From IMG/VR virus record IMGVR_UViG_3300020195_000069, positions 1-40,348 of that record: a DNA stretch of 40,348 nt, one strand, 5' to 3'. The position numbers and the translations under genes are program-made. Below are positions 26,275 through 34,550 of the stretch, in pieces (the stretch's first letter is position 1; every line of letters starts with the position of its first letter). This stretch comes from a virus (taxonomy: Duplodnaviria > Caudoviricetes). The notes below the pieces were generated by a model, which searched no databases, was not told where the DNA came from, and worked only from the letters and a program-made list of their open reading frames with translations.

Positions 26275-26472
26275 TCACTTCACCCTCCCAATTCCAAAGC
26301 AAAGACAGAACGTGTAACGCATCCCATCCTCCTCAATCGTCACAGGCCAGAAGAAAAGAGCAGGGACCAAAGAAAGAGAGAAAGCGTCACAGTCAATAAC
26401 AGTGAAGCCCACTAAACCTGAGAAAGAGTCAGACACAGACACAACCACTACCCTCTCTCCCCAAAACCTCAC
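26275..26472 (-). CDS. Hypothetical protein
   Basis: 65 aa ORF co-oriented with the late operon; no recognisable motif. Confidence 0.3.
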   Translation of the reverse strand: MRFWGERVVVVSVSDSFSGLVGFTVIDCDAFSLSLVPALFFWPVTIEEDGMRYTFCLCFGIGRVK

Positions 26473-27135
26473 TCAATGACTCACTGACTCTGCGAATAAC
26501 CTCAGCCGTTAGAAAGCCGTAACCAAGACCATGAGCCACTAACACTCGCTCCTTACGGAGCACTGAGATCATTCCCTCTGACTCTGAAGTGAAGAGGAGA
26601 GAAAGGCTCTCCTTCTCGCATCTCTCTTGGAGAGAGAAAAACTCGTAACCAAAGAAAGTGAAGGCAGAGAGAGTTGATGGGGAAGTCATTGAGTGAGGCT
26701 TTGATTTTAAGAAAGTAAGGGGAGAGGGGAGGTTTGAGATTTGGTGTGAGCGAAAATCCACAGAGGTAGGATTCATACTCACTGTCCAAGTTCACCCTCA
26801 CCCCCCTATGTCTTTGAAATTACTAGCTTAGAGATCTAGCACCAGCCTAGCTGACTGCCTTATCTCTAAGCATCTCTATTGTGTGAGCAAGTACAGAGAG
26901 TTATGTCATCCAATCACTAGGTTATCAACATAGTGTAACTTAAACACTCACTCTCTATACACGCTAGACGAGGTATAACTATCTAACCTGATTAGGTAAC
27001 CAGGTATTGGGTAGTGACAGTCTACCTGGGAGGGGCCTTGGTTTTTTACCAAGTCCCATTTATTTTCGGCTGACTTGCTGAATCTACTTGACTTCCTCTC
27101 AAACCCTTCTCTCTCAACCCTTTCAAGCCTCTCAA

Positions 27136-27243
27136 CCTTCCTCTCCTCTCCTCTCCTCTCCTCTCCCTTCCCTTCCTTCCTTCCTTCCTCTCTCTCTTCT
27201 CTCTCTTCTCTCTCTCTCTCTCTATCCTCCTCTCTCTCTCTCC
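27136..27243 (+). repeat. Polypyrimidine tract of (CTCTC)n, (CCTT)n and (CT)n
   Basis: 108 nt with a single purine (A27224). Confidence 0.95.
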
Positions 27244-27640
27244 GAGCTCTACCCATGCCTCTCTAGCCCTAGTCCTTCAAGCCTTCCGGCGAGGATCCTA
27301 AGCGAGAGCCAACAGGTCTAATCAGACCATTGCATAGAGAGGCATTACAGTCCGTCAAGGTCCGTCACTAGCATGAGCCTATATATTACAGCTACTTGTC
27401 AATAGGTACCAAAGACTATTGAGTGATCTCAGTTAGTTAACCTAACTGTCCTCTCAAGTACGTCTACTACCTAGTCACCTGTCTAACCCTTAGACACCTA
27501 CTGCCTCATGCCTTTCAGCCTATCTCTTTGTATTCATTACTCTCTGCCTAAGCGTCTCAACTGGCCTGCTCAATGCAATGGCTTAGGCATCTACTCAAGC
27601 CGAGTAGACAGACCAAACCTCAACCGAGAGAGCCAAGCCA

Positions 27641-27847
27641 ATGACCATCGCCCTTCAATCGCTCCTCCGCGTCCTTATGGCCACCAACGTTACCTGCCCG
27701 GAGCAGGTCCTACTTGTCACGGGCCTCATAGACGCCCTCAGTGACGCAGACCGCGTCCTTCTTCGAGACGAAGCCAAAGCTCAAGGGGTGAACCTCCTGC
27801 CTCGCAATCTCTTCTTCAATTATGAAACGCAAGCTTGGATTTCTTGA
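27641..27847 (+). CDS. Hypothetical early protein (68 aa)
   Basis: Leader CGAGAGAGCCAAGCCAATG is shared with downstream genes. Confidence 0.6.
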   Translation: MTIALQSLLRVLMATNVTCPEQVLLVTGLIDALSDADRVLLRDEAKAQGVNLLPRNLFFNYETQAWIS

Positions 27848-27857
27848 ACCCAGACCT

Positions 27858-27879
27858 TCAACCCTTCAAACGAGAGAGC
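27858..27879 (+). repeat. 22-nt leader direct repeat, copy 1 (copy 2 at 28582-28603)
   Basis: TCAACCCTTCAAACGAGAGAGC is identical in both copies, each 8 nt upstream of an ATG. Confidence 0.9.
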
Positions 27880-27887
27880 AACCAATC

Positions 27888-28568
27888 ATGATTACCCCAC
27901 AAGATCTTCAGACGCTTATTGCCGAACGTGGTTGGAAACCAGGCCTTGGTATGGGCGCGCTCGACTCAGCCACAAACTACCGTGGCGTTGATTTATCTGA
28001 TTGGGTAGTTGGATTTGCGCAGTATCGTGACTCTGACTTGCTCACGCAATCGAATTTTGCCGCGTCACTTGACGAGCTGGGCGGCGAGCAAGATGGAATC
28101 GTAGAAGTAGTCCGGATCGGCCATTGGGCATGTGGCTGGGTTGAGCAGATTCACGTGCATAAATCAGCTACAGACAAGCTAGTTATGCTTTTGGCGCAGC
28201 TCGGTCGCTATGACAACTATCCCGTGTTAGACGATAGCGACTATAGCGAGCGCGAGATGGAATATCAGAACGAGACGATCGACCAGTATAAATCTACTTG
28301 GTCCGAGAATCTGGCAAAATTCCTATGCGTGGAATCGGACACACTCGATTCAGACCAAACGGAATTAGTACTAGCAATTTTATACCTCAATGAGTGTGGA
28401 TATTGCGGTATCGAGGAGGCATATCTCGAAACCGATGATTTTGCCCGACTCGCCGAATCCTCGCGCTATGAGTTAACTGCTGCGATTCGCAACGGTAATA
28501 AGGTTGCGCGTGCCGTGTTGCGCAAGGCTGGTGTCCGCATGATCCCTAAGCAGAGAGCCAAAGCCTGA
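27888..28568 (+). CDS. Conserved-looking hypothetical early phage protein
   Basis: Start re-assigned to the ATG after the leader repeat; SNF...LGGE...GHWACGWVE...YPVLDD motifs. Confidence 0.7.
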   Translation: MITPQDLQTLIAERGWKPGLGMGALDSATNYRGVDLSDWVVGFAQYRDSDLLTQSNFAASLDELGGEQDGIVEVVRIGHWACGWVEQIHVHKSATDKLVMLLAQLGRYDNYPVLDDSDYSEREMEYQNETIDQYKSTWSENLAKFLCVESDTLDSDQTELVLAILYLNECGYCGIEEAYLETDDFARLAESSRYELTAAIRNGNKVARAVLRKAGVRMIPKQRAKA

Positions 28569-28581
28569 CTACTCATTGCCA

Positions 28582-28603
28582 TCAACCCTTCAAACGAGAG
28601 AGC
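28582..28603 (+). repeat. 22-nt leader direct repeat, copy 2
   Basis: Identical to 27858-27879. Confidence 0.9.
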
Positions 28604-28664
28604 CATTCCCAATGATCCTAATCATCCTAGTCGCTACCCTAAACAGTACTACGGAGGCTAGCCT

Positions 28665-29018
28665 ATGACTCGCTACGCCTCTCCTCAGACCATCTTCGGT
28701 GAGATGGTCAAAGCCTCCATCTCTCGAATCCAAGTCTTCCATAGCGACCTCTACCACGACGCCATTGGCATGAGTCAGAGGCGTGAAGCTCCTGACAGTG
28801 TCGGCTACACCGAGCTTCGCCATCCGTTCCTTTGGCTCGTAGGCCTACATGGGACGCGTCTCATATGGTGCGACAGAGCGAAGGCCTTCAACGTCAAGGT
28901 TATCGCTGAAGACTTCTCAGCCATCTACTTCTTTGACGGCTACACCATCGCACCAATTGGCATCGAAGATGCTCTCACGTCTCTCCGTTCCCACCAATCC
29001 CTTCAGATGGAAACCTAG
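28665..29018 (+). CDS. Hypothetical early protein (117 aa)
   Basis: GGAGG RBS; DLYHD...FLW...GT...FFDG motifs. Confidence 0.7.
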   Translation: MTRYASPQTIFGEMVKASISRIQVFHSDLYHDAIGMSQRREAPDSVGYTELRHPFLWLVGLHGTRLIWCDRAKAFNVKVIAEDFSAIYFFDGYTIAPIGIEDALTSLRSHQSLQMET

Positions 29019-29022
29019 CCCA

Positions 29023-29157
29023 ATGGTCATTCACTTCGACTTCTGTGTCCGCCGTCATGTCGATAAGCCTGTCGCTTACAAAATCAGTTTTGAGACTGGC
29101 CGAACGTCTTGGCCAAAGGAGAAGCCTGTCAAAGCTGCGAAGAAGGCTTCCATTTGA
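29023..29157 (+). CDS. Small basic hypothetical protein (44 aa)
   Basis: MVIHFDFCVRRHVDK...KAAKKASI*; fills the gap before a leader repeat. Confidence 0.4.
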   Translation: MVIHFDFCVRRHVDKPVAYKISFETGRTSWPKEKPVKAAKKASI

Positions 29158-29161
29158 TCCG

Positions 29162-29220
29162 TTCCATCCAGTCCTAACTTTCACCTAACCCGCTCACCAC
29201 AATCTGGAGCCAAGCCAATG
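29162..29220 (+). repeat. About 58-nt leader direct repeat, copy 1 (copy 2 at 29448-29503, partial copy 3 at 29644-29678)
   Basis: TTCCATCCAGTCCTAACTTTCACCTAAC (28 nt identical in copies 1 and 2), then GCTCACCACAA-nnn-GGAGCCAA-..-ATG. Confidence 0.92.
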
Positions 29221-29463
29221 CCTAATCTTTACCGCGTATATAAAACGTCCTCTGATTACAGAGGCGACAGAGTCCTCATCGATAACCTCGATATGCCATG
29301 GTCCGATCTTCAGGCCTTGCTTGGAACTACCCTGCTTGAATTCGAGAGTTCCTCAATGCTTTCAGACGGTGGCGGTTGCACCTTCAAGGGCCGTTACCTA
29401 TCCGTGAGCGGCGAAATGGAGTCCCACGGAGCCACAATTTTATGGGATTCCATCCAGTCCTAA
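29218..29463 (+). CDS. Hypothetical early protein (81 aa) flanked by direct repeats
   Basis: RBS and ATG come from repeat copy 1; the stop TAA comes from repeat copy 2. Confidence 0.7.
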   Translation: MPNLYRVYKTSSDYRGDRVLIDNLDMPWSDLQALLGTTLLEFESSSMLSDGGGCTFKGRYLSVSGEMESHGATILWDSIQS

Positions 29464-29503
29464 CTTTCACCTAACTGCTCACCACAACCCGGAGCCAACC
29501 ATG
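29448..29503 (+). repeat. Leader direct repeat, copy 2
   Basis: Matches 29162-29220. Confidence 0.92.
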
Positions 29504-29647
29504 AACTGCATAACTGTCCAGGGCGTCGACTATAGATCTGACCAATACGGTAGCGTGTACGAGTTCAAAAACGGCGTTTGGTGGCACATCGGAAAGCTAA
29601 ACGGCAGGACGCTTGAGGAAGCTGTCGCAGATTTCGAGTCGAACTAA
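29501..29647 (+). CDS. 48-aa hypothetical protein, not in the ORF track
   Basis: MNCITVQGVDYRSDQYGSVYEFKNGVWWHIGKLNGRTLEEAVADFESN*; GGAG RBS in repeat 2, stop inside repeat 3. Confidence 0.65.
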   Translation: MNCITVQGVDYRSDQYGSVYEFKNGVWWHIGKLNGRTLEEAVADFESN

Positions 29648-29675
29648 CCGCTCACCACAAACTGGAGCCAAGCCC

Positions 29676-29978
29676 ATGCTCGTCATCAAATTCGAATTCC
29701 TAGACCACGGCCTAGAGCATCCAGACTTTTTCCAAGGTTGCGTCGTCTCTCTAACTAAATATGACCTTTGCTTCACTGGCATTGGCGCTACCCCTTATGA
29801 AGCAGGCCATGAAGCCCTAGAGCTAGCGAGCCATGATCACCATTGGAACGATGCTGTTATGGCCGATGCTGAGACTTGGATAGAAGGGAACCTTGCAAAA
29901 GACCTTCAAGCCTTCGCCATCCCTGAGGATAGCGATGCTACCTACCACGTCTCTATCCGTATCGGCTGGATCACCTAA
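29676..29978 (+). CDS. Acidic hypothetical early protein (100 aa)
   Basis: Start re-assigned to the ATG within repeat copy 3 (GGAG RBS); DHG.EH..FFQGC motif. Confidence 0.7.
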   Translation: MLVIKFEFLDHGLEHPDFFQGCVVSLTKYDLCFTGIGATPYEAGHEALELASHDHHWNDAVMADAETWIEGNLAKDLQAFAIPEDSDATYHVSIRIGWIT

Positions 29979-30008
29979 CCGCTTCCCTTCTCCTGACACT
30001 CTCTATAT

Positions 30009-30037
30009 AACCCTCCAATTGATTCAATTAGAGGGTT
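30009..30037 (+). terminator. 29-bp near-perfect palindrome: terminator or protein-binding site
   Basis: AACCCTCCAATTGA-T-TCAATTAGAGGGTT (13/14 arm match) followed by TCTCTTT. Confidence 0.5.
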
Positions 30038-30058
30038 TCTCTTTGCCGAGGATTCTGT

Positions 30059-30259
30059 ATGGGAACCATCCAAATCAGTGTTCGCTCTGCTTATGGCCGT
30101 GATCGTTACTACCCTGAGAACGTCACAGCACGTGATCTTGCTCTCTTTGCCGACATCGTTACGTTTACTAAGTCTCAACTAGAGGTCTTGAAACGTCTTG
30201 GTTACCGGATTGAAACGGTCGCACCAACGGCTCCCACTATAGATGGAGTAACTGACTAG
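30059..30259 (+). CDS. Small conserved-looking phage protein (66 aa)
   Basis: GAGGA RBS; VRSAYG...YP...LKRLGYRI pattern. Confidence 0.65.
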   Translation: MGTIQISVRSAYGRDRYYPENVTARDLALFADIVTFTKSQLEVLKRLGYRIETVAPTAPTIDGVTD

Positions 30260-30301
30260 AATCTCTCAAGAGAAGGCATCCCAAACAAACTAGGAGCCAC
30301 C

Positions 30302-30910
30302 ATGAAAAACATTGCCATCTATTATCGCTGCTCTACTGATAAGCAGGATCTACTGTCACAGATTGACGCAGTAGAGAAGTGGATCAGAGCTCTCCCGGTA
30401 GAGAAGAGACCTAAGAACATCCGTCAGTTTCAGGACGAAGGTCGATCAGGTGCTGACAATGGACGTCCAGGCTTCCAGACGATGCTAGAAGAAGCTCGAG
30501 CTGGGGCTTTCGACACGATCATCTGTTACCGTTTAGACCGTCTGACTCGGTCGACTTATACGGCTCTTCGGACCATCATGGACTTGAACGAGCTCGGCAT
30601 TAGCTTCGTTTCTACGAGCCAGCCGATTCTCAACCTAGAGCATGACTCTCCCTTCCGCTTGACGATGCTGGCTGCGTTTGCCGAGATCGCTGAGATTGAG
30701 CGGGATGCCATTGTTAGCCGCGTTAGAGCTGGCGTAGAAGCGGCTCGTAGAAGAGGCGTGAAGTTTGGGAGGCCTTTTCTCTCTGAGAAGAAAAAGGAGC
30801 TGATATTTGAGCTCCATCAGAATGGCATGAACAAAACTATGATTGCCCACACTGCCAGGGTTTCTAGGCAGTCTGTGTGGCGAATCTTAAAAGACCATCC
30901 TGACGCTTAG
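30302..30910 (+). CDS. Small serine recombinase (resolvase/invertase family) with C-terminal HTH
   Basis: YYRCSTDKQ (catalytic Ser), DEGRSG...RPGF, RLDRLTRS, AEIERDAI, GVKFGRP and a terminal HTH; AGGAG RBS. Confidence 0.93.
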   Translation: MKNIAIYYRCSTDKQDLLSQIDAVEKWIRALPVEKRPKNIRQFQDEGRSGADNGRPGFQTMLEEARAGAFDTIICYRLDRLTRSTYTALRTIMDLNELGISFVSTSQPILNLEHDSPFRLTMLAAFAEIAEIERDAIVSRVRAGVEAARRRGVKFGRPFLSEKKKELIFELHQNGMNKTMIAHTARVSRQSVWRILKDHPDA

Positions 30911-30972
30911 TTTCTTTCGGTGCTAGGCTTGATTGGTAAGTCATCCTTCCTGCCTATCAGACAGGAGGCCTT

Positions 30973-31359
30973 GTGCCAATCTTCTCGGCTAGGTCTCGTG
31001 CCAATCTAATTACTTGTCACGTCGACCTTCAAAGACTCTTCGAAGAAGTCATCAGAGAAGTCGACTTAGCAATTATCTGTGGCCATAGAAGCCGAGCTGA
31101 CCAGGACAAGGCTCTCAGAGATGGTTTCTCCGAGACTCAATGGCCAAAGAGTAAGCATAACGTTCTGCCGAGCCTGGCTGTCGACTGTGTCCCTTGTCCT
31201 GTCGACTGGCATGACATCGACAGGTTTGTAGAAGCTTCGGCCATCATCAAGCTTACTGCTACCCGTCTTGATATCAGGGTTAGGTGGGGAGGGGACTTCA
31301 AGACTTGGAAGGACTACCCGCACTGGGAGCTAGTGACTCAGGAGCCTGAGAAGGGGTAG
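30973..31359 (+). CDS. Endolysin, M15 family L-Ala-D-Glu peptidase
   Basis: GHRS...Q, SKHN...AVD, RWGGDF...DYPHWEL motifs; AGGAGG RBS. Confidence 0.88.
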   Translation: MPIFSARSRANLITCHVDLQRLFEEVIREVDLAIICGHRSRADQDKALRDGFSETQWPKSKHNVLPSLAVDCVPCPVDWHDIDRFVEASAIIKLTATRLDIRVRWGGDFKTWKDYPHWELVTQEPEKG

Positions 31360-31392
31360 CCTTTGGCATCCCAACCCTTAGGAGTGAATCCC

Positions 31393-31908
31393 ATGAAGCT
31401 TGGCTTAATCCTGGCCCTTCTCTTTTGCGCCACTGACTTAAAGGCTGACGCTCTGAGAGCCAGGTCATTGGTTGTGACGCCGGTCATCACAGCAGACGCC
31501 TATGTCCAAGGCGACCAGATAGGCACCTACACCAAGCTGCCTAGCATCCTCACTGACAGCTCGACTGTGATCGACCTTAGAACGCTGGCGGTGATCGACA
31601 ACGCCAAGCTGAAGCATGACCTCCAGCTTCTCTTCTTCAACGCTCAACCTACTCTGGCATCGGCTGACAATGCTGCTGTCAGCTTCACTGATGCTGTAGC
31701 GACAGCTAACTTCATTGGTCGTTACGCTATTGCTGAGGCCGACTACGTCGACACGGCATCTAACTCCCAGGCAACGAAGTCTCCCGCCATGCTGCTGGGA
31801 GGCAAGGGCTCAGCCGACCTCTACATGGTCATCGTCTGTGTCGACGTGGGTGGGTGCGACTACGCTGCTGTCGACGACCTGACTTTCCGCTTCACTTACC
31901 TCGAGTGA
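31393..31908 (+). CDS. Signal-peptide-bearing beta-rich protein
   Basis: MKLGLILALLFCATDLKA N-terminus with GGAG RBS at 31381; mature part is beta-rich and resembles virion-type proteins. Confidence 0.65.
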   Translation: MKLGLILALLFCATDLKADALRARSLVVTPVITADAYVQGDQIGTYTKLPSILTDSSTVIDLRTLAVIDNAKLKHDLQLLFFNAQPTLASADNAAVSFTDAVATANFIGRYAIAEADYVDTASNSQATKSPAMLLGGKGSADLYMVIVCVDVGGCDYAAVDDLTFRFTYLE

Positions 31909-31911
31909 GGG

Positions 31912-32070
31912 TCAGTCGGCCATAGACTGGCTGATGACGTACCTCTGGCGCTCCAGAGCTATGAGTTCTTCAGCCGTCTCGATGACTGCCACCCAATCGG
32001 CCTTGTCTATCAAGCCGTCCATCAGGACGACTCTGGCTTTGATCTGCCTGATGACATGGTCGAGTGTCAT
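31912..32070 (-). CDS. Small hypothetical protein
   Basis: Probable start MTLDHVIRQIK; helical; converges on the previous gene. Confidence 0.4.
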   Translation of the reverse strand: MTLDHVIRQIKARVVLMDGLIDKADWVAVIETAEELIALERQRYVISQSMAD

Positions 32071-32232
32071 AGACCGCCGAAGGCAGGATGGGGGATCAAG
32101 GCAGAAGGCGGGAAGACCTAGAAGTCTCGGTGGCCCGAGATAGGTCCCGAAGCCTTGCCCCATTCCGACTTTTGATTTGTGCTGGTGTCTTGTCAGACTA
32201 GCACAAGAATCTGTGCGTGATTTGATCCTCGC

Positions 32233-32691
32233 TCAGCCATTAGCCACCTTCTTTTTCTTCTGGTAGGGCCTGTAGGCATAGAGTGGGCAAGCCGTAGCCG
32301 TGCAATCCCTCACTGCTGCCGGGAGGTCGGACCAGCCAACGCAGTGCTGGCAATGAGACTTGATAGCGCCAGCTTTAGAGGCTCTGCCTAGAACCGCTCG
32401 CTTGTAGAGCTTCAGGCACTTCGGCACGACCGACTGGACTCTGGTCAACTCCCACTTACCAAAACCCTTCAGCTTGATCTTCCATGCCGCCTCAAGCTCA
32501 GCATCAGCGGCCTCGTTCGTTTTGGGTAGGTTGAGCCCCTTTTTTTCAATTTCAGGACCGCTACCCTGGCTTCCCCTGGATTTCGAATCCTCGTCGATTC
32601 CAGGCAAGCTGGCTCGCTGTGACAGCGACGGAGAAACTTCTCCGGTGGTCGACTCATCCCCACCATGACTATTGCCGCTCTTCTTTTTCAT
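32233..32691 (-). CDS. Hypothetical protein with a C-terminal Cys4 zinc-binding motif
   Basis: AIKSHCQHCVG...VRDCTATACPLYAYRP; GGAGG RBS. Confidence 0.7.
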   Translation of the reverse strand: MKKKSGNSHGGDESTTGEVSPSLSQRASLPGIDEDSKSRGSQGSGPEIEKKGLNLPKTNEAADAELEAAWKIKLKGFGKWELTRVQSVVPKCLKLYKRAVLGRASKAGAIKSHCQHCVGWSDLPAAVRDCTATACPLYAYRPYQKKKKVANG

Positions 32692-32788
32692 CTCGTTCCT
32701 CCCATGATCGTTTCCCAGTTCTTCAGTTCTCGCTTCTCTCGTCCGACTTCTTTCCAGCGCATTCCATGGTTCCAGAGCGGCCTCTTAT

Positions 32789-32956
32789 TTAGAGGCCGTT
32801 CGTTTTTGCTCTCACTGCTTTGCACCGCCGACAGGTTTGCAGCAGGTAGGTGAAGCCGAGCTCGCCTTTGATTTGGCTCTGCCACTCGTGACTGCAAGTG
32901 AGCCGTTTGATGCCGGCGAACAAAAGGCAGCTGACAAAGATCGCCCAAACTTTCAT
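32789..32956 (-). CDS. 55-aa CxHxW...CxxC protein, not in the ORF track
   Basis: MKVWAIFVSCLLFAGIKRLTCSHEW...QTCRRCKAVR...; ATGA overlap with the upstream gene; GGGGAGGG RBS. Confidence 0.5.
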   Translation of the reverse strand: MKVWAIFVSCLLFAGIKRLTCSHEWQSQIKGELGFTYLLQTCRRCKAVRAKTNGL

Positions 32957-33267
32957 GTCGAGCCCTCCCCAAAGACTACATGCCGGAGAGCAACAAGAGC
33001 GACTCCGTAAGCATCAGCGTCTGGCCAAGTCGCACGTAGCTTCTTGCTCCCAGCGAGATAGACCTTGGCCGGATCTCCTCCGCCGAGCATCAGCCTTTTG
33101 GCGTCATCGAGGATGGCTTTATGCTTCTCGCTTCTCACCGCGTACTGATTGCCGATGGTAGCGATGGCCAATAGGTCAGAAGCCAAGTCGGCCGAAAGAG
33201 ATTGCAAACGGTAGCCAGCCGCCATGATCTCGTTTGCGAATGTTTTCATCTCGCCTTCGTCCGTCAT
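32953..33267 (-). CDS. Hypothetical protein (104 aa)
   Basis: ATGA overlap with the dnaB stop; GAGG RBS. Confidence 0.6.
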   Translation of the reverse strand: MTDEGEMKTFANEIMAAGYRLQSLSADLASDLLAIATIGNQYAVRSEKHKAILDDAKRLMLGGGDPAKVYLAGSKKLRATWPDADAYGVALVALRHVVFGEGST

Positions 33268-34550
33268 GGCGTCCTCTCGCCGAAATAGTTTCTGGCCAGG
33301 TCAGCAGCCAAAGGGATGCGACCTTCCATGCCATGGCGGTTCTTAGCGACGTCGAGCCAGTAGGTGTAGCGAGGCGAGCCGTTCTCAAAGCCGTCGTCTT
33401 CACGCCAGAGAAACAGAACTGTGTCGGAGTCCTGCTCGAGAGAGCCCGAGTCTTTCAAGTGCGAGAGACTGGGAGAGGCATCTTCTTCGTCGGCTTTGCG
33501 GTTGAGCTGCGCCAACATCAGAATCGGAATGTCGAGATCTCTCGCCAGCCATTTTATCTCCGAGGTGATCTGCGTCAGCTCGTTGGTGCGACTCCCACTC
33601 TTTCTCTCGGTGAGATACATCTGCTGGATGTAGTCGAGGATGACGAACTGAATGCCGTGAGTCCGCTTAAGGCGTCTGACTTCCATGGCGAACGCTTCGA
33701 AAGAACTTCCCGCTTCGACAAAGACGAAGGGCAAAGACGCCATGCGTTTCAAAGACGCATAGAGAGCATCGAGTTCTGAGTCAGGCATCTTCCCCGACAT
33801 GAGGCGAGAAGAATCCAACTCGCCAATACGAGAAGCTCCCTTCTTGCCAATCTGCTTAGCCGACATCTCGACAGTGAAGAGTGCTGTCGTGAAGCCAGCC
33901 TCAACTGCTGCAACAGCGAAGTTGACCGCGGCCGTTGTCTTGCCAATACGTGACCGAGCACCCAACGTGTAAAGCGCTCCACTCTCCCAGCCGTAGATAA
34001 TCCGGTCGAGAGTTCTGAAGCCGGTCGGAATGCCGACAAGGCCGCCAGCCTTAGCCGCTTCGATCCGAGCTTCGACATCCAGCAAGACAAGGTCAGCCAC
34101 TTCTTGGCCAGTGAAAACTTTCTTCCGACTCTCCCCACTGCTGGCGTCTTGTGCCAAGGCAGCGACAGAAAGCCTAAGTGCATCGACAGGCTCGTAGGGC
34201 TTTCTGTGGAGAACTCGGTGGTGAGTGTCGTGGAGCTGACGAAGCGTCTTCTCCTGCCAACGAGCAGCCAGGAGCTCTTGGACGTAGTAGCCGACGTTCT
34301 GAGTCAGAGGTGCCTGAGTAACGTAGCGGCAAAGAATGGCCTGAGAGACTTCGTCAGGCAGAAGCGTCTGGATGCTCCGAAGACTGACGCCAAGACTTTC
34401 CGACTCAGCTTTCAAGATCGCTTGAAAAACTTTCTGGTCGAAGTCCGAGAAGTGCTCAGCCTTGAGACCTGAGGCAATCGCCTTCTCCAGGTTGGCACTC
34501 TCCTGGAGAATCATGCCCAGCACAATCTCGCCGATAAGAGTCTCGGTCAT
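33264..34550 (-). CDS. dnaB: Replicative DNA helicase, DnaB family
   Basis: GIPTGF...LD, GARSRIGKT (Walker A), FTVEMS, ILDYIQ, LAQLNR, LKDSGSLEQDSD and VAKNRHG motifs. Confidence 0.95.
   Translation of the reverse strand: MTETLIGEIVLGMILQESANLEKAIASGLKAEHFSDFDQKVFQAILKAESESLGVSLRSIQTLLPDEVSQAILCRYVTQAPLTQNVGYYVQELLAARWQEKTLRQLHDTHHRVLHRKPYEPVDALRLSVAALAQDASSGESRKKVFTGQEVADLVLLDVEARIEAAKAGGLVGIPTGFRTLDRIIYGWESGALYTLGARSRIGKTTAAVNFAVAAVEAGFTTALFTVEMSAKQIGKKGASRIGELDSSRLMSGKMPDSELDALYASLKRMASLPFVFVEAGSSFEAFAMEVRRLKRTHGIQFVILDYIQQMYLTERKSGSRTNELTQITSEIKWLARDLDIPILMLAQLNRKADEEDASPSLSHLKDSGSLEQDSDTVLFLWREDDGFENGSPRYTYWLDVAKNRHGMEGRIPLAADLARNYFGERTP

Noticed and set aside
26948-27321. Arg/Glu-rich and Ser/Leu/Pro-rich ORFs over the CT tract
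   Set aside because: The frames are open only because the low-complexity tract lacks stop codons; no RBS or domain evidence.
29162-29678. Repeat-spacer pattern as a CRISPR array
   Set aside because: Intervals are 140-230 nt and are protein-coding genes, the repeats contain RBS and ATG, and no cas genes were seen.
32688-32972. 94-aa ORF from the track
   Set aside because: An alternate frame (32956-32789) with RBS, ATGA coupling and a CxH...CxxC motif fits better.
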